Origin: Macrostomum lignano
Taxonomy: Eukaryota
Reading direction: 5' to 3'
Assembly: GCA_002269645.1 (NCBI GenBank)
Contig: NIVC01003051.1
Coordinates: forward strand, 1 to 64,000
DNA length: 64,000 nt
This document shows positions 1 through 10,742 of the stretch, piece by piece. Position numbers and translations under genes: made by a program. Position 1 is the first letter of the stretch. Each line of letters starts with the position of its first letter. The notes beneath the pieces were generated by a model. That model was not told where the DNA came from, searched no databases, and worked only from the letters and a program-made list of their open reading frames with translations.

Positions 1-310
1 ATGATACTGCCGCACTAGCACTGGCGAGATAGGCGGCAATGCAAATGTATAGGGAAAAACACTGCGGAGATATGAGCCCTATCTCTGTGCATTGGGGACG
101 GCTAAGCACTGCAGAGATATGAGCTCTATCTCTGTGCATTGGGGACGGCTAAGCACTGCAGAGATATGAGCTCTATCTCTGTGCATTGGGGACGGCTAAG
201 CACTGCAGAGATATGAGCTCTATCTCTGTGCATTGGGGACGGCTAAGCACTGCAGAGATATATGAGCTCTATCTCTGTGCATTGGGGACGGCTAAGCACT
301 GCGGAGATAG
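1..310 (+). repeat. E1 left TIR (partial) with ~5 copies of a 47-bp hairpin-forming unit
   Basis: Unit CACTGCAGAGATATGAGCTCTATCTCTGTGCATTGGGGACGGCTAAG recurs at ~60, 107, 154, 201 and 248. A degenerate second copy of the TIR start lies at 319-432. Confidence 0.93.
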
Positions 311-761
311 AGGCGATTCATGATACTGCCGCACTAGCGCTGGCGAGATAGGCGGCAAAAAGGATATAGGAAAAATACACTGCGGAGAGGATCCTATCTC
401 TGTGCATTGGGAACGGCTAAACATTGCAGAGATAAGAGGGGTGGCCAATCTCTGTGCTCTGTGTTAGGGTAAGGTTATAAAGTTTTACAACTGCACAGAG
501 GACGGCTGGTGTTGCTTACCTGGATAAGGGGACGGGGGGGATACACTAATTACAGCCAGTGGCCTCTATAACGGTAAAGTAATTATTACCTGAGCATGGC
601 TGGATGTTCATATACGATATGATAAGGAGAGGGCATGCATGTACAAATTACTATATAAGCAGCCACGCAAGTACAAATAAACAAATAGACAAAAACAAAT
701 TGTATAAAAGGATTTTTAAAAACCTTACTACTTCTAAAAACAACTCTTTCTCTTTCAAAAT

Positions 762-1005
762 GAAAACTTTTAAAAGTTGTCATAGAGACCTCTATGAGGT
801 CTGTATAAGCTGCGAAGTGTGCCTGCTTGGAGGCGTGTCCCCAAGACACCACGAGAATGAGAACTGTCTGGTCTCATGCTGGTTGGCATGCGACCAGTGC
901 GGCACCGTCGAAGCTCTGCAGGAGGGAAAAATTCCAGCATATCATCGAGGACACAAGATCGTCAGCGATGACAAGAAAAGCAAGAAAGTAACCGCTGGAA
1001 AGTAA
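762..1005 (+). CDS. Small Cys/His-rich protein, possible zinc-binding domain
   Basis: ATG at 762 within ORF 604-1005. Motif CISCEVC...HH...C...C..ACDQCGTV. TATA-like CTATATAAG at 651-659. Confidence 0.45.
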
Positions 1006-1121
1006 TCCGCGCCATCAAAAAGAGCAACGAGAGAGAAAAGAAGAGCCAGCAGAAAAAGGGAGCCAGCAGGAGTCTGCTATCAGCTCACTTGAGTCAAGTA
1101 ATTGACTCTACATTGAAGAGG

Positions 1122-2172
1122 ATGAGGCCAAGCGGGTCTTCAGCAGCTGCAGAATTTGAAGTTGAGCTGTCTGCTGGAGTCGAGGCTGCTGGAGTCGAGG
1201 CTGCTGGAGTCGAGGCCGCTGGAGTCGGAGTCGAGGCTGCCGCTGGAGTCGAGGCTGCTGGAGTCGAGGCTGCTGGAGTCGAGGCTGCTGCTGTCATAAA
1301 CTTCATAGAGGAAGATGTCCTGGATCAGTTCCTCAGGGAATTCAACGCTGGTCAGCAGCAGCAGCAGCAGCAACCTGTCTCTTCGGTTCCGGTGATTGCT
1401 GGAAAACAACTTCATCTAATTGAAGACGACCACGAAATGGAAATCCTAGAAGAGGAGGGCAGCGACAATGAGTCGCATAATGCAATTGTGCCACCTGCAG
1501 CTCCAGCCGCCCCAGCTGCTCTGGCCGCCCCAGCTGCTCTGGCCGCCCCAGCTGCTCTGGCCGCCCCAGCTGCTCTGGCCGCCCCAGCTGCTCTGGCCGC
1601 CCCAGCTGCTCCAGCCGCCCCAGCTGCTCTGGCCGCCCCAGCTGCTCCAGCCGCCCCAGCTGCTCTGGCCGCCCCAGCTGCTCCAGCCGCCCAGCTGCTC
1701 TGGCCGCCCCAGCTGCTCTGGCCGCCCCAGCTGCTCTGTCCGCCCCAGCTGCTCTGTCCGCCCAGCTGCTCTGGCCGCCCCAGCTGCTCTGCCGCCCCAG
1801 CTGCTCTGGCCGCCCAGCTGCTCCAGCCGCCCCAGCTGCTCTGGCCGCCCCAGCTGCTCTGGCCGCCCCAGCTGCTCTGGCCGCCCAGCTGCTCTGGCCG
1901 CCCCAGCTGCTCTGGCTGCCCCAGCTGCTCCAGCCGCCCCAGCTGCTCTGGCCGCCCCAGCTGCTCCAGCCGCCCCAGCTGCTCTGGCCGCCCCAGCTGC
2001 TCTGGCTGCCCCAGCTGCTCCAGCCGCCCCAGCTGCAGCCTCTACAATTCCAGCTTCTCAATCCGAAACTCCACCCGTGCCAGCTGGAGTTGCCTTCTTT
2101 CTGCCTCCTGTCGGCGGGGCTGGGTACGAGGTAACGATTTTCGAAAATCGTATTAGAATTGTGCCGCTGTGA
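1122..2172 (+). CDS. Low-complexity Ala/Pro/Glu repeat protein, frameshifted within an 18-bp repeat array
   Basis: ATG 1122 (MRPSGSS). GVEAA repeats, a poly-Q/acidic stretch and APAALA repeats, with a unique C-terminus (STIPASQ...ENRIRIVPL*) in another frame ending at 2172. Confidence 0.5.
1500..2038 (+). repeat. 18-bp coding tandem repeat (CCAGCTGCTCTGGCCGCC)n
   Basis: Roughly 30 copies visible, with 1-bp indels. Confidence 0.9.
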
Positions 2173-3054
2173 CTAAGCAATTTTTGTACTTTTTTGCTTT
2201 CTGTGTGGAGTGAGAAATCTACCCATTTATTGCAATTATTGCTAAAACTTTATTTCAACTAGCTTTTTAAAGTTGAAAGTAGGTACATTAATTAATGATT
2301 TGATCATCTCATAACTCTGTATTCGCTTCTAGGAATCTTGCTTATAAGTTTTCAGTTTTCATTTCCAAATTAGTTTTAAAAAAAGCTCGTAGCTCGTAGT
2401 GGCAACCAATATTTTTTTGGTATCCGAGGTAAAAAAAAATTATTTGAAAAGTAGGTGAAACATTATACAGTTGAATTTAACAAATTAAAATCAACATAAC
2501 ATACTTTCAATAAATTGGTGATGGTTTCGTATGCTTGGTGCGATTGATTAGGTATAATTTTCTTTCTACTGCTTTGACGCGGTGTTTCCTCATTCTTTAA
2601 TTATTGAACTTTTCAGCTATATTTCTGCTTCTAAACTCTCGTCTGTATTTGTAATTCATTGTTCCATGCATTGTTTATTGACTATGATTGCACCATGTGA
2701 ATTCGATATTTTTTTAAAAAATATATATATAATGTCAGCATTTTTCCACTCGGTGATTGGTTTGTTAATTAACTATTGGCTTCATTTTGCATTTTTTACC
2801 GATTGAGTCTGCGTAGGAGGCAAATAGAAACGAACTTTTACGAATAGGGATCAATAGAATATGCATGCAGAGAGCTAGCTTAAGGGAGAACCAAAAAAAT
2901 ATAACCAGCATCTACTAGCTTGTAAGTGTGGATATTGTACCAGTATTGCAGCAATAAAGACTTACGAAAAAGATTTCAATATTCACTCCCAGTTGCTTAT
3001 GACACTCAGTTGCAGCCAGTAAACACTGTCAGCTTTTAACTGCTTGCCTTTTCT

Positions 3055-3451
3055 ATGGTTGAGCACTCCTGGATGGAGCAGGAGAATGACCACTCATGGA
3101 TGGAGAATGACCACTCATGGATGGAGAATGACCACTCATGGATGGAGAATGACCACTCATGGATGGAGAATGGCCACTCGTGGATGGAGGATGACCACTC
3201 GTGGATCGAGTATGACCACCCTTGGGTGGACCATGACGTCAGCAGCGAGTCAGCAGCCAGCAGCGAGTCGGCAGCCAGCAGCGAGTCGGCAGCCAGCAGC
3301 GAGTCGGCAGCCAGCAGCGAGTCAGCAGCCAGCAGCGAGTCAGCAGCCAGCAGCGAGTCAGCAGCCAGCAGCGAGTCAGCAGCCAGCAGCGAGTCAGCAG
3401 CCAGCAGCGAGTCAGCAGCCAACAGCGAGTCGGTGACTGATGCACACCAAG
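3055..3451 (+). CDS. Repeat-rich exon (MENDHSW and SSESAA repeats), probable first exon of pPolB
   Basis: ATG 3055. Consensus donor AG|GTAAGT at 3452, in phase 1 with AG acceptors at 3683 and 3692 in the pPolB frame. Confidence 0.55.
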
Positions 3452-3683
3452 GTAAGTGCCTTTATTTATCCTTTTCAACTTACTTAAAAATTTTCTTATC
3501 AATGCGATGTATATTATGCAGTCTAAAATTTTAGTCCAAAGAATGGGAGAAGGGGAGATAAAAGACTTTATACCGGTAGGGTTGTACATGTATGCTTGGG
3601 TACAGACGTTTAGTTTAGTATCTTTGATATTTGAAACTATAGGCAGCAAAAAACAAAAATATTATCCTAAAACCACAAACCAG

Positions 3684-6600
3684 GTTCAACAGTCAGCTTC
3701 AGCAGAGTTGCCCAAGCCTATGATCAATCACTGGAAATACTGAGGCTCAGATCGAGTCACCCAGACACGCTTCCGTCAGAATTTTTTGTCCAAGCTGGAG
3801 ACAAAATTATTGAGGCAGTTCAGCAAAGAATTTCAAGACATCATTACAAAGTTCAGCTAAAGGCGAATATTCGAATGGTCCGAATAAGAGATGGGGAGAT
3901 GCTTGCCGAAGAGGACAGATGGATAAGCTGTAAAATGCAGGCCCTAGACCTAGGTGGTGAAGCAGGCCGTTTAAACAACTGGTTGATTGAGCAGGAGCAG
4001 GAGTTGGAGAGGATCTGTAGTATGATTAATACGAACGGCAGTGGCTGGACAATTAAACAAATTAATTTTCTAGACATCAACCTTGCCAGGTACAATCCAA
4101 TTCGATTTCGCCAGGGCAGAGCCGTTAGATTCAATCTTCCTGCCAGTTTGAAGAACAAAAAGGCTGTTATCAATCCACCGAGCACAGGCAAAGACTGTTT
4201 CCTGTACGCCTGTCTCGCTGCACTGCACAGCGCCGATCCGAAAGTTCAGAAATCGCCCAACAGAATATCCTCTTACGATGAATGGTTGCGTGAGCTGGAC
4301 TTTGCAGAAATCTCCATGCCAGTGAGTGTCGCTGATATCGATCGCGTCGAGTCTAACAATCCAGGAATTTGCATTTCTGCGTTCTCTTGGCAGCAGGGCA
4401 GTGTGACTCTTCTCCGTCGCCGCAAGCATGAGTCAGATGACCGAAGACACCTCATGCTTTTGCTAGTTAAAGACAGCTACGGATCGGAGCACTGGTGTGC
4501 AATTACTAATTTTGACAGGTTAATGAACAGTCGTAATGGTCCCGCCATGAGGAAGTGGTGCACGAAATGTTTAACATCATTTTATAGCAACGAGAGGCTT
4601 CAAGAGCACAGGAACGAATGCAGCATTACTGCAGAAAATCCTGTCAAAGAAACGCTTCCAGTTCCAGGACAGAATGAAATAAAGTTCCGAAACTGTCAAA
4701 ACACTGTCAGTCCACCATTCGTTGCCTATGCCGACCTGGAAGCCATTTTGCGAGCGAACACAGACCCTGCTAACCTGATCTCAAAGCATGAACCATGTGC
4801 AGCAGCTTTTCTTGCAGTGCCTCGTGAAGGCATGACAGGACCTCCGCTTAGGCCAGAAGGAGACATGTACAAGGTCTTTTGCAATGCGGACCCTGATGAG
4901 TGTATCCTTGGTTTTCTCAAATCTCTTGAAAGCCTGGCTCAGGATATATTTCACTGGAACCAGAAGCATAGCCACCAGCCGGCTGACCGATCATCCGCGA
5001 CCGTCATGGATGATTTCAATTCTGCTGAGGTATGTCACTACTGCAAGAAGAACTTTAAAAGTTCTACAGATAAACATTTTGACCACGATCATTTAAATGG
5101 ACAGTACAAAGGTGCAGCATGTCAAGAATGCAACCTGCGAGCACAGCTCCGACGCCGGTTTCTGCCCCTGGTTTTTCACAACTTAGGCGGCTACGACCTT
5201 CATCTTCTACTTTCCACTGCGCTTGGGAGCATGAAAAATTGGAAACTTAGTGTTGTTCCGCAATCATCCGAGCGATACTTGTCACTAAGGGCGGAATTCC
5301 CTGTTGCAAGTTACGTAAAGAACGGAAAAGTTGTGCCAATCATGTTTACAATTCAGTTCATCGACTCGCTCTGCTTTTTGAAGGGAAGTTTGTCCAATTT
5401 GTTTGCTAATCTTCCCGAAGCTGAATGCAAGCTGACAATGCAAATGCTTGAGTCAAGACCACATCTTTCAAGAGAGCTACTTCGAAAAAAAGGGATTTTC
5501 CCATATGATTACCTCACAGGATTTGAGATTCTCGAGCAGTCGGTTTTGCCGCCTAAAGATGCTTTTTTTAATCGACTTTCCGATCGGGGAATTTCCGACG
5601 ACGACTACAATAGAGCAAGAGCGGCATGGGCGGCATTTCAATGCAAAAGTTTGAAGGATTATATGCTCGCCTATCTTGAAATGGATGTAAGGCAGCTGGC
5701 TGACATTTTCGAGACATTCCGACAGGCCAGTCTGAAAGAGGACGGATTGGATCCGGTACACTACTTTACTACTCCTGGTTTGTCTTACGACTCAGCTCTA
5801 AAGTCGACTGGAGTGGTTCTAGAGCAGCTGACTGATGCTGACATGTATCATCTGTTTGAGAAGGGAATACGAGGAGGCATGTCCTTCATTAATGTGCATT
5901 GCGTCAAAGGTAATAATCCTAGCTTGCCAGGTTATGATGATCAGCAAGAGAGTGTAAGCCTCATGCCGATCGATATGAACAACTTGTATGGCTTTGCCCT
6001 GTCGCTTCCGCTTCCATGCAGGGAATTCAGGTGGGTACCGGAACAGGAAATCCAGTTCTGGGACTCCAATCGGTTTCTGTCACTCAATCCAGAAGCCGAG
6101 ATCGCCTACCTTGTTCAACTCGATCTAGAATACCCAGCTGAGATTCACGATTCGACTCAGGAGTTACCGTTTGCACCTGAAAAATCAAAACCACAGCCAG
6201 ATCAATTCTCGCCGTACATGGCCGAACTATGGAAAGAGATTGCTGAACAGCGAACTGGCAATGCTGAAGCTAAGTTTCAAGCAACGGAGAAGCTTCTACT
6301 CACCTGTACCGACAAGGATTCTTACGTAGTTCACAGCACCGTTTTAAGATTTTACCTGCAACACGGAATGCGGATCAAGTGCGTCAAAAAAATGATTTCG
6401 TTCAAGCAGGAAAATATTTTCGCGCCGTACATTGCCAGCAACAATGAAAAAAGAGCTTTGGCAACTTCCGAGTTTGCTAAGGATTTTTACAAATTGAAAA
6501 ACAATTCTCTCTTTGGAAAAACTATGGAGAACGTTCGAAAAAGATGCGATGTTCGAATTTGCACTAACCAGACTCAAGCAGAAACTTGCGCCTCTCGACC

Positions 6601-7333
6601 AAACTGTGCCGCATTCTCGATTATCAATGAGTCGTTGAGCATTTTTCAGCTCAAAAAAGATAAAGTCACGCTTGACAAGGCCATTTTCGTTGGCCAGGCA
6701 GTTCTCGATCTCTCTAAGATGGCCATGTACAGCCTACTATATGACAGGCTCCGACCGCTGTTCTGTCATTCAGACGGTTCCAGAGACATGATGCTTTGCG
6801 GAGGTGATACTGACTCATTTTTTCTAGCTTTCAAGAATCATGATTTAACATCGGAGGTAATCCCGAAGCTTAGAGAGGAAAAAATACTTGACACATCCAA
6901 CTATTCTCGAGACCATCCGCATTTCTCTGAAGAGTTAAAAGGAAAGCTGGGCTGCGTTAAAGATGAATCTGCTGGTGGAATTTACCAGGAGTGGATTCTT
7001 TTGCGTCCAAAACTTTATTCGTTTCTCCCTGCCGAGAATTCGAGTGCAAAGATCAAGAAAACTGCCAAAGGCGTGAAGCAGTCAGTAGTAAGACAGCAAA
7101 TTTCGCATGCGAACTATGTCGACGCGTTCGAGTCCAAGCAAGAGCAGATGGTTGCCATGACAGCGATTGTTTCCAAGAAACACGAAATCTTCACGTCGGT
7201 CATGGAGAAAAGAAGCCTATCGGTGTGGGAGGATAAGCGAGTGTGGCTTAGCAGTAATCGAAGCCTGCCCTACGGACACTATGCGCTGACGCCCGCATCC
7301 CACGATCAGCTGAAGCGCATCCGACTGGTCTAG
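3684..7333 (+). CDS. polB: Protein-primed family B DNA polymerase (pPolB) with an endonuclease VII-like Zn/HNH insertion
   Basis: Frame open 3671-7333. Motifs: ExoI ADLE, FHNLGGYD, FIDSL, KGIFPYDY, YLEMDV, KGIRGG, DMNNLYG (A), KLKNNSLFGK (B), GGDTDS (C), and CHYC..FDHDHLNGQYKGAACQECN. Confidence 0.97.
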
Positions 7334-7915
7334 TGCGGGTGTTTAACAGACTGTTTAGTACTTTTTCTTGCTTTTAGAGTTGTTTAAATTGCCAAATTCT
7401 GTTTTAAATGTAGTGACTTGCATGTAGTAACTTTTACAAATTTGTATGCTTGGCTAATTGCGCTAGATTTAGCTGTCAATTTGTTTTTGCGGCGTGAAAT
7501 ATTGATATCAATTTAAGTTTTACTTTTTATAAAGCTGTGTGGCAAGTGCGCTCATACAATATTAATTCATTTTTGTTTGCTTTGTGTACTACTTGTTTAA
7601 AATGTGTTTTTGGTTTTTATCTGACACAAATTGTTCCTGTAAATTCAATCAGCGTTTTAATCATATTTTCTCTATCACTTTTCTATTTCTCTTCTCTCGG
7701 TGCACATCGTTTGTTATAACGATGGTAGTATTGTTTACTTTCGGATTTGATATGCGTTTTGCGATACTTTTGGTGATGGGCTAAATACGTTTTTGAAGTG
7801 TTCCATAGCTGTCTGCCTGGGAAAATGAATGTAAAGAATACCAAGTTTATCCTTTTATTCACTTTTCACTAATCATTGAAATATTTGCGGCAAATTGCTT
7901 GACTTGACTTTATTT

Positions 7916-8488
7916 TTATTCAATGGAAAGAACTACATTGAGTAGACGCATGCTATCGGTATGCAACTGATTCAAGGACCGAGCTCCACTGAGAACAAAA
8001 GAGCCGCTGTGAAAAAGCAGACATTTACAAAAGTTTAAATTGAAAATTAAAGCAGAAAAGGATTCTGGTTCATATTCGGCGTTTGGGATAATTGATTTTA
8101 ACATTAATAAGGAAAGTGCGGAATGAACTGGGAGCTGTCCATGAGCAGTAATAGTTTTAATTCGAACACAAATTGTTTGATGAGGCAGCAGTTGAGCCGG
8201 CACTCTCCGATGCAGCATAGCCACGAAGCGACGGGCAGCCCTTTTGGCGTCTGCGTGGGTCTTGGCACCGCAGATGCTCAGTTGCCCAGTAGGGTAGAGT
8301 AGGAGAGTCACTCTGGGAATCCGCATCCGCTTGATGAGCACCCGGGGCCAGACGGGCCGGTAGATCACATGAGCCATGCTGAGAGCCAGTTCCCGTAGAG
8401 GCAGCTGAGCGCCCCTGCCACCATCCAGTCTCAGATCTACTCCGCCAACCAGATTGGTCACTCTTAGGGCTGTAGCTGGTGGGCTCAT
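7916..8488 (-). CDS. Divergent TATA-box-binding protein (TBP)-like protein
   Basis: Two TBP half-repeats. First: TNLVG..., LLLYPTGQLSICGAKTHADAKRAARRF. Second: YEPESFSALIF...LLFHSGSFVLSGARS. These align with TBP NIVS, [37 protein letters not shown] and LIFVSGKVVLTGAK. ATG at 8488. Confidence 0.88.
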   Translation of the reverse strand: MSPPATALRVTNLVGGVDLRLDGGRGAQLPLRELALSMAHVIYRPVWPRVLIKRMRIPRVTLLLYPTGQLSICGAKTHADAKRAARRFVAMLHRRVPAQLLPHQTICVRIKTITAHGQLPVHSALSLLMLKSIIPNAEYEPESFSALIFNLNFCKCLLFHSGSFVLSGARSLNQLHTDSMRLLNVVLSIE

Positions 8489-9007
8489 TTCGATCGTCAA
8501 CTTCTTCACCAAATCTGCTTCTGCCAACTTTACTGCTCGTGTGCCACGGACACTGCTCGCTTCTTAAGTTGATGCAGAACTTTGGCTTAAGCCAACTGTA
8601 GTGCAGCAACGAATTTCTCACTGCACAGCCAGTATCTGAATCTTCAGTCGAGGGTGCTCCCAAATCTTCTAGGTTATAAACCTGTCTTCCAAGCAGCTCA
8701 GTCAGAAAAATCGACTTCCTTTCCCCATTTGACCAGATCGGACCACTGGCAATGCTCAGAATGTCTTCCGCCAGTTCCATGTACGGACGGGTTCCATCAT
8801 TCCACTTAAACTGGTGCAGACTCTTAGATAGCTGTCTGTAGTAAACTCGCATGTCAGGTGAGACTCTCTCCCATGGATACGGAGGTGCGTACACATGGTG
8901 AGCAATGTGGTAGCTCCCCGCTCTGATTTGAACAACTGCCAACTCCTTCACAACAAATTTTTTGCTTGTGCTGTTGCACGGAATCCTTGGAAGTCAATGT
9001 AGTTCAT
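8157..9007 (-). CDS. Polinton accessory DEDD-like exonuclease-fold protein (frameshifted; true 3' end probably ~8550)
   Basis: MNYIDFQGF (ATG 9007) joins KFVVKELAV across a 1-bp loss in T6 at 8958-8963. Later motifs LH.F.W..G, VYNLEDLGAPS and CAVRN. Confidence 0.5.
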
Positions 9008-9107
9008 GATGCAGCTTTCCTTCGAAAATTTCGGAGTCAGTCCACCTTCTTATATACTTTTCTGGCAGGCAATTTCAGCCAGGCTGTGTTGCTCCCGTAC
9101 CCCTTGA

Positions 9108-9728
9108 CTAGACTCTCCTGTTCTTTCTCCAGTTCACCCCTCTGCTGGTTGCCATTTTCTTCTTAACTGATTTACCAACAGCGGAAAGCGGAACATTAAG
9201 CTTTTTCTGCTGCAGAAAATCGATGAACTCGTTCCACCCAACTGGTTCACGCTCACATGGCGAATCCCTCACTGTGTGCTGAATCAAGTCCAGTATGTTT
9301 GAGGAAGGGATTGACGTGCCTGCGATTTCCACCTCCCCGTTTTCACAAACTCGAATCAGCTCTGGATTGGTGGACAGGATCGTCCACAGACTGCGAGCCC
9401 TGGTTTTGAATTTCTGTGGCACCGACTTGCTGATCTTCTCTTCCCAGGTGCTTATCTGGGGTGTCTCTGTTTTCATCAACTTGGCTTCAGTATTGCGTGC
9501 TCCTTCTTTTCCAGCGTGCTTGCGCTTGGCCAGCAAACTTTGCATTGCACTTTGGTACATGGCGGTTTTCACATCTTCTGGACAATCCTCGGCATACAAG
9601 ATGTCATCGCATTTCTTCTGAGCCTGCTTCAAGTCAGCTTCAGTGGTAGTCTCATTTGGCTTCAAATTCTGCATCAACATCTCATACTCTGCTTTAGGAA
9701 TCAGAACCATTTCTGAAAATTTGTTCAT
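9108..9728 (-). CDS. Conserved Polinton hypothetical protein (homolog of E2 45356-46006)
   Basis: MNKFSEMVLIP..EY start and GEVEIAGTSIPSSNILDLI motif; E2 copy has MNKYVVVP and GKTWPGSNIFDLL. Confidence 0.7.
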   Translation of the reverse strand: MNKFSEMVLIPKAEYEMLMQNLKPNETTTEADLKQAQKKCDDILYAEDCPEDVKTAMYQSAMQSLLAKRKHAGKEGARNTEAKLMKTETPQISTWEEKISKSVPQKFKTRARSLWTILSTNPELIRVCENGEVEIAGTSIPSSNILDLIQHTVRDSPCEREPVGWNEFIDFLQQKKLNVPLSAVGKSVKKKMATSRGVNWRKNRRV

Positions 9729-10032
9729 TTTGCTTCTTCTTCTTTACCAGCTTAAGCAGAATCGGGAGTATTTTGATGAAGCCAGCCTTCAACAAGTCTG
9801 TCTTTCTTCTTTTGTGAGTAATTTTTCGAATTATCTCTTTTGACTTTGCAAGAACAGCTTTTTCATCGAGCGAAAACGATAGATTGTTTTGTAAGAGATT
9901 ATGGCAGGCCTCGACAAGAAAATAACGCACTTCTTTTGGACAATTTTTTATCAACAGCCGCTTGAAGCGCACGGTATATTTAGGTGACGCAAGAACCGCA
10001 AAAAGACTTGCATATGAATCAAGCACTTCCAT
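9694..10032 (-). CDS. Small basic virion core/membrane-active protein (homolog of E2 46008-46364)
   Basis: LVEACHNLLQNNL resembles E2 LCELSHNVLRGNI. C-terminal AG|FIKILPILLKL hydrophobic helix. ATG 10032. Confidence 0.65.
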   Translation of the reverse strand: MEVLDSYASLFAVLASPKYTVRFKRLLIKNCPKEVRYFLVEACHNLLQNNLSFSLDEKAVLAKSKEIIRKITHKRRKTDLLKAGFIKILPILLKLVKKKKQNEQIFRNGSDS

Positions 10033-10073
10033 TGCGATGAAAACAATAGCTGATAAAAACAAGCTTCACTTTC

Positions 10074-10719
10074 TTAAGCAAATACAAGATGGGGTCGCTG
10101 GTTGGGCAGAATTCTGGCCCGCACTCGCAGCTCATCGGGAGTTGATGGTGAAAGTCTAGGAACAGGTAGGCTCCCCTGCCCTGCGCGGTCACGTGCTTGA
10201 ACACTGACAGCAGAAAGCCGGGCTTCTCTGTAAAGCACTGCCTGCCCAGTGCTGCAATCTGCAGCTGGTCTCGGGGTTTTTCAAGATAGCTAAGTACATT
10301 ACATTCAAGCTCATTGTTCGCGACTCTTTTCCCTTGAAAAATATATTCTGAGTCAGCATCACCAAAAAGCACGGCAAGTGATGTGCGATTCCTGTGAAAA
10401 AATTTCGCATTGAAGCAGAGTTTGAAGTTTCCTCTATTAAGTCATCGAAAACAACCAGGTCATTGGGCCTAAGTGCTGCCTCGATGTTGGTGGGAAATCC
10501 CTGGCGCAGCTGCACACCTAGGCTGTTCAGTTCTGCATGGCCTGCCTGTGAGATCCCATAGTACCACAGAACTCTGCCAGGCTTCACATCAAACATGACG
10601 TCTCTGTACTGGATCAGGTGTTCGACAAAGGTTGTTTTTCCTGCATTGGTGGGCCCGCAGACAATCATGCAGCTTCCCTGCCTGAGGCGGATATCGTAGC
10701 AAACTTGCTTTTCTCCCAT
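10074..10719 (-). CDS. A32/FtsK-like packaging ATPase (two 1-bp frameshifts)
   Basis: Walker A GPTNAGKT, Walker B VVFDD, LTQNIF..GK.SRTMSLN. Frames rejoin as KNPRD.LQI and HPSTPDELRVRARILP; stop at 10074-10076. Confidence 0.92.
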
Positions 10720-10742
10720 GTTTAATGCATAAATATTAGAAA

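Noticed and set aside
60-310. CRISPR-like array (also the arrays at 16373-16630 and 22205-23452)
   Set aside because: Head-to-tail identical units without unique spacers, no cas genes, eukaryotic context
1094-3649. Antisense and alternative-frame ORFs over the E1 repeat genes
   Set aside because: Shadows of stop-free tandem repeats
8157-8550. Genuine long overlap between the exonuclease C-terminus and the TBP gene
   Set aside because: Recognisable motifs end near CAVRN..SWL; the extension is likely read-through from a lost stop or frameshift
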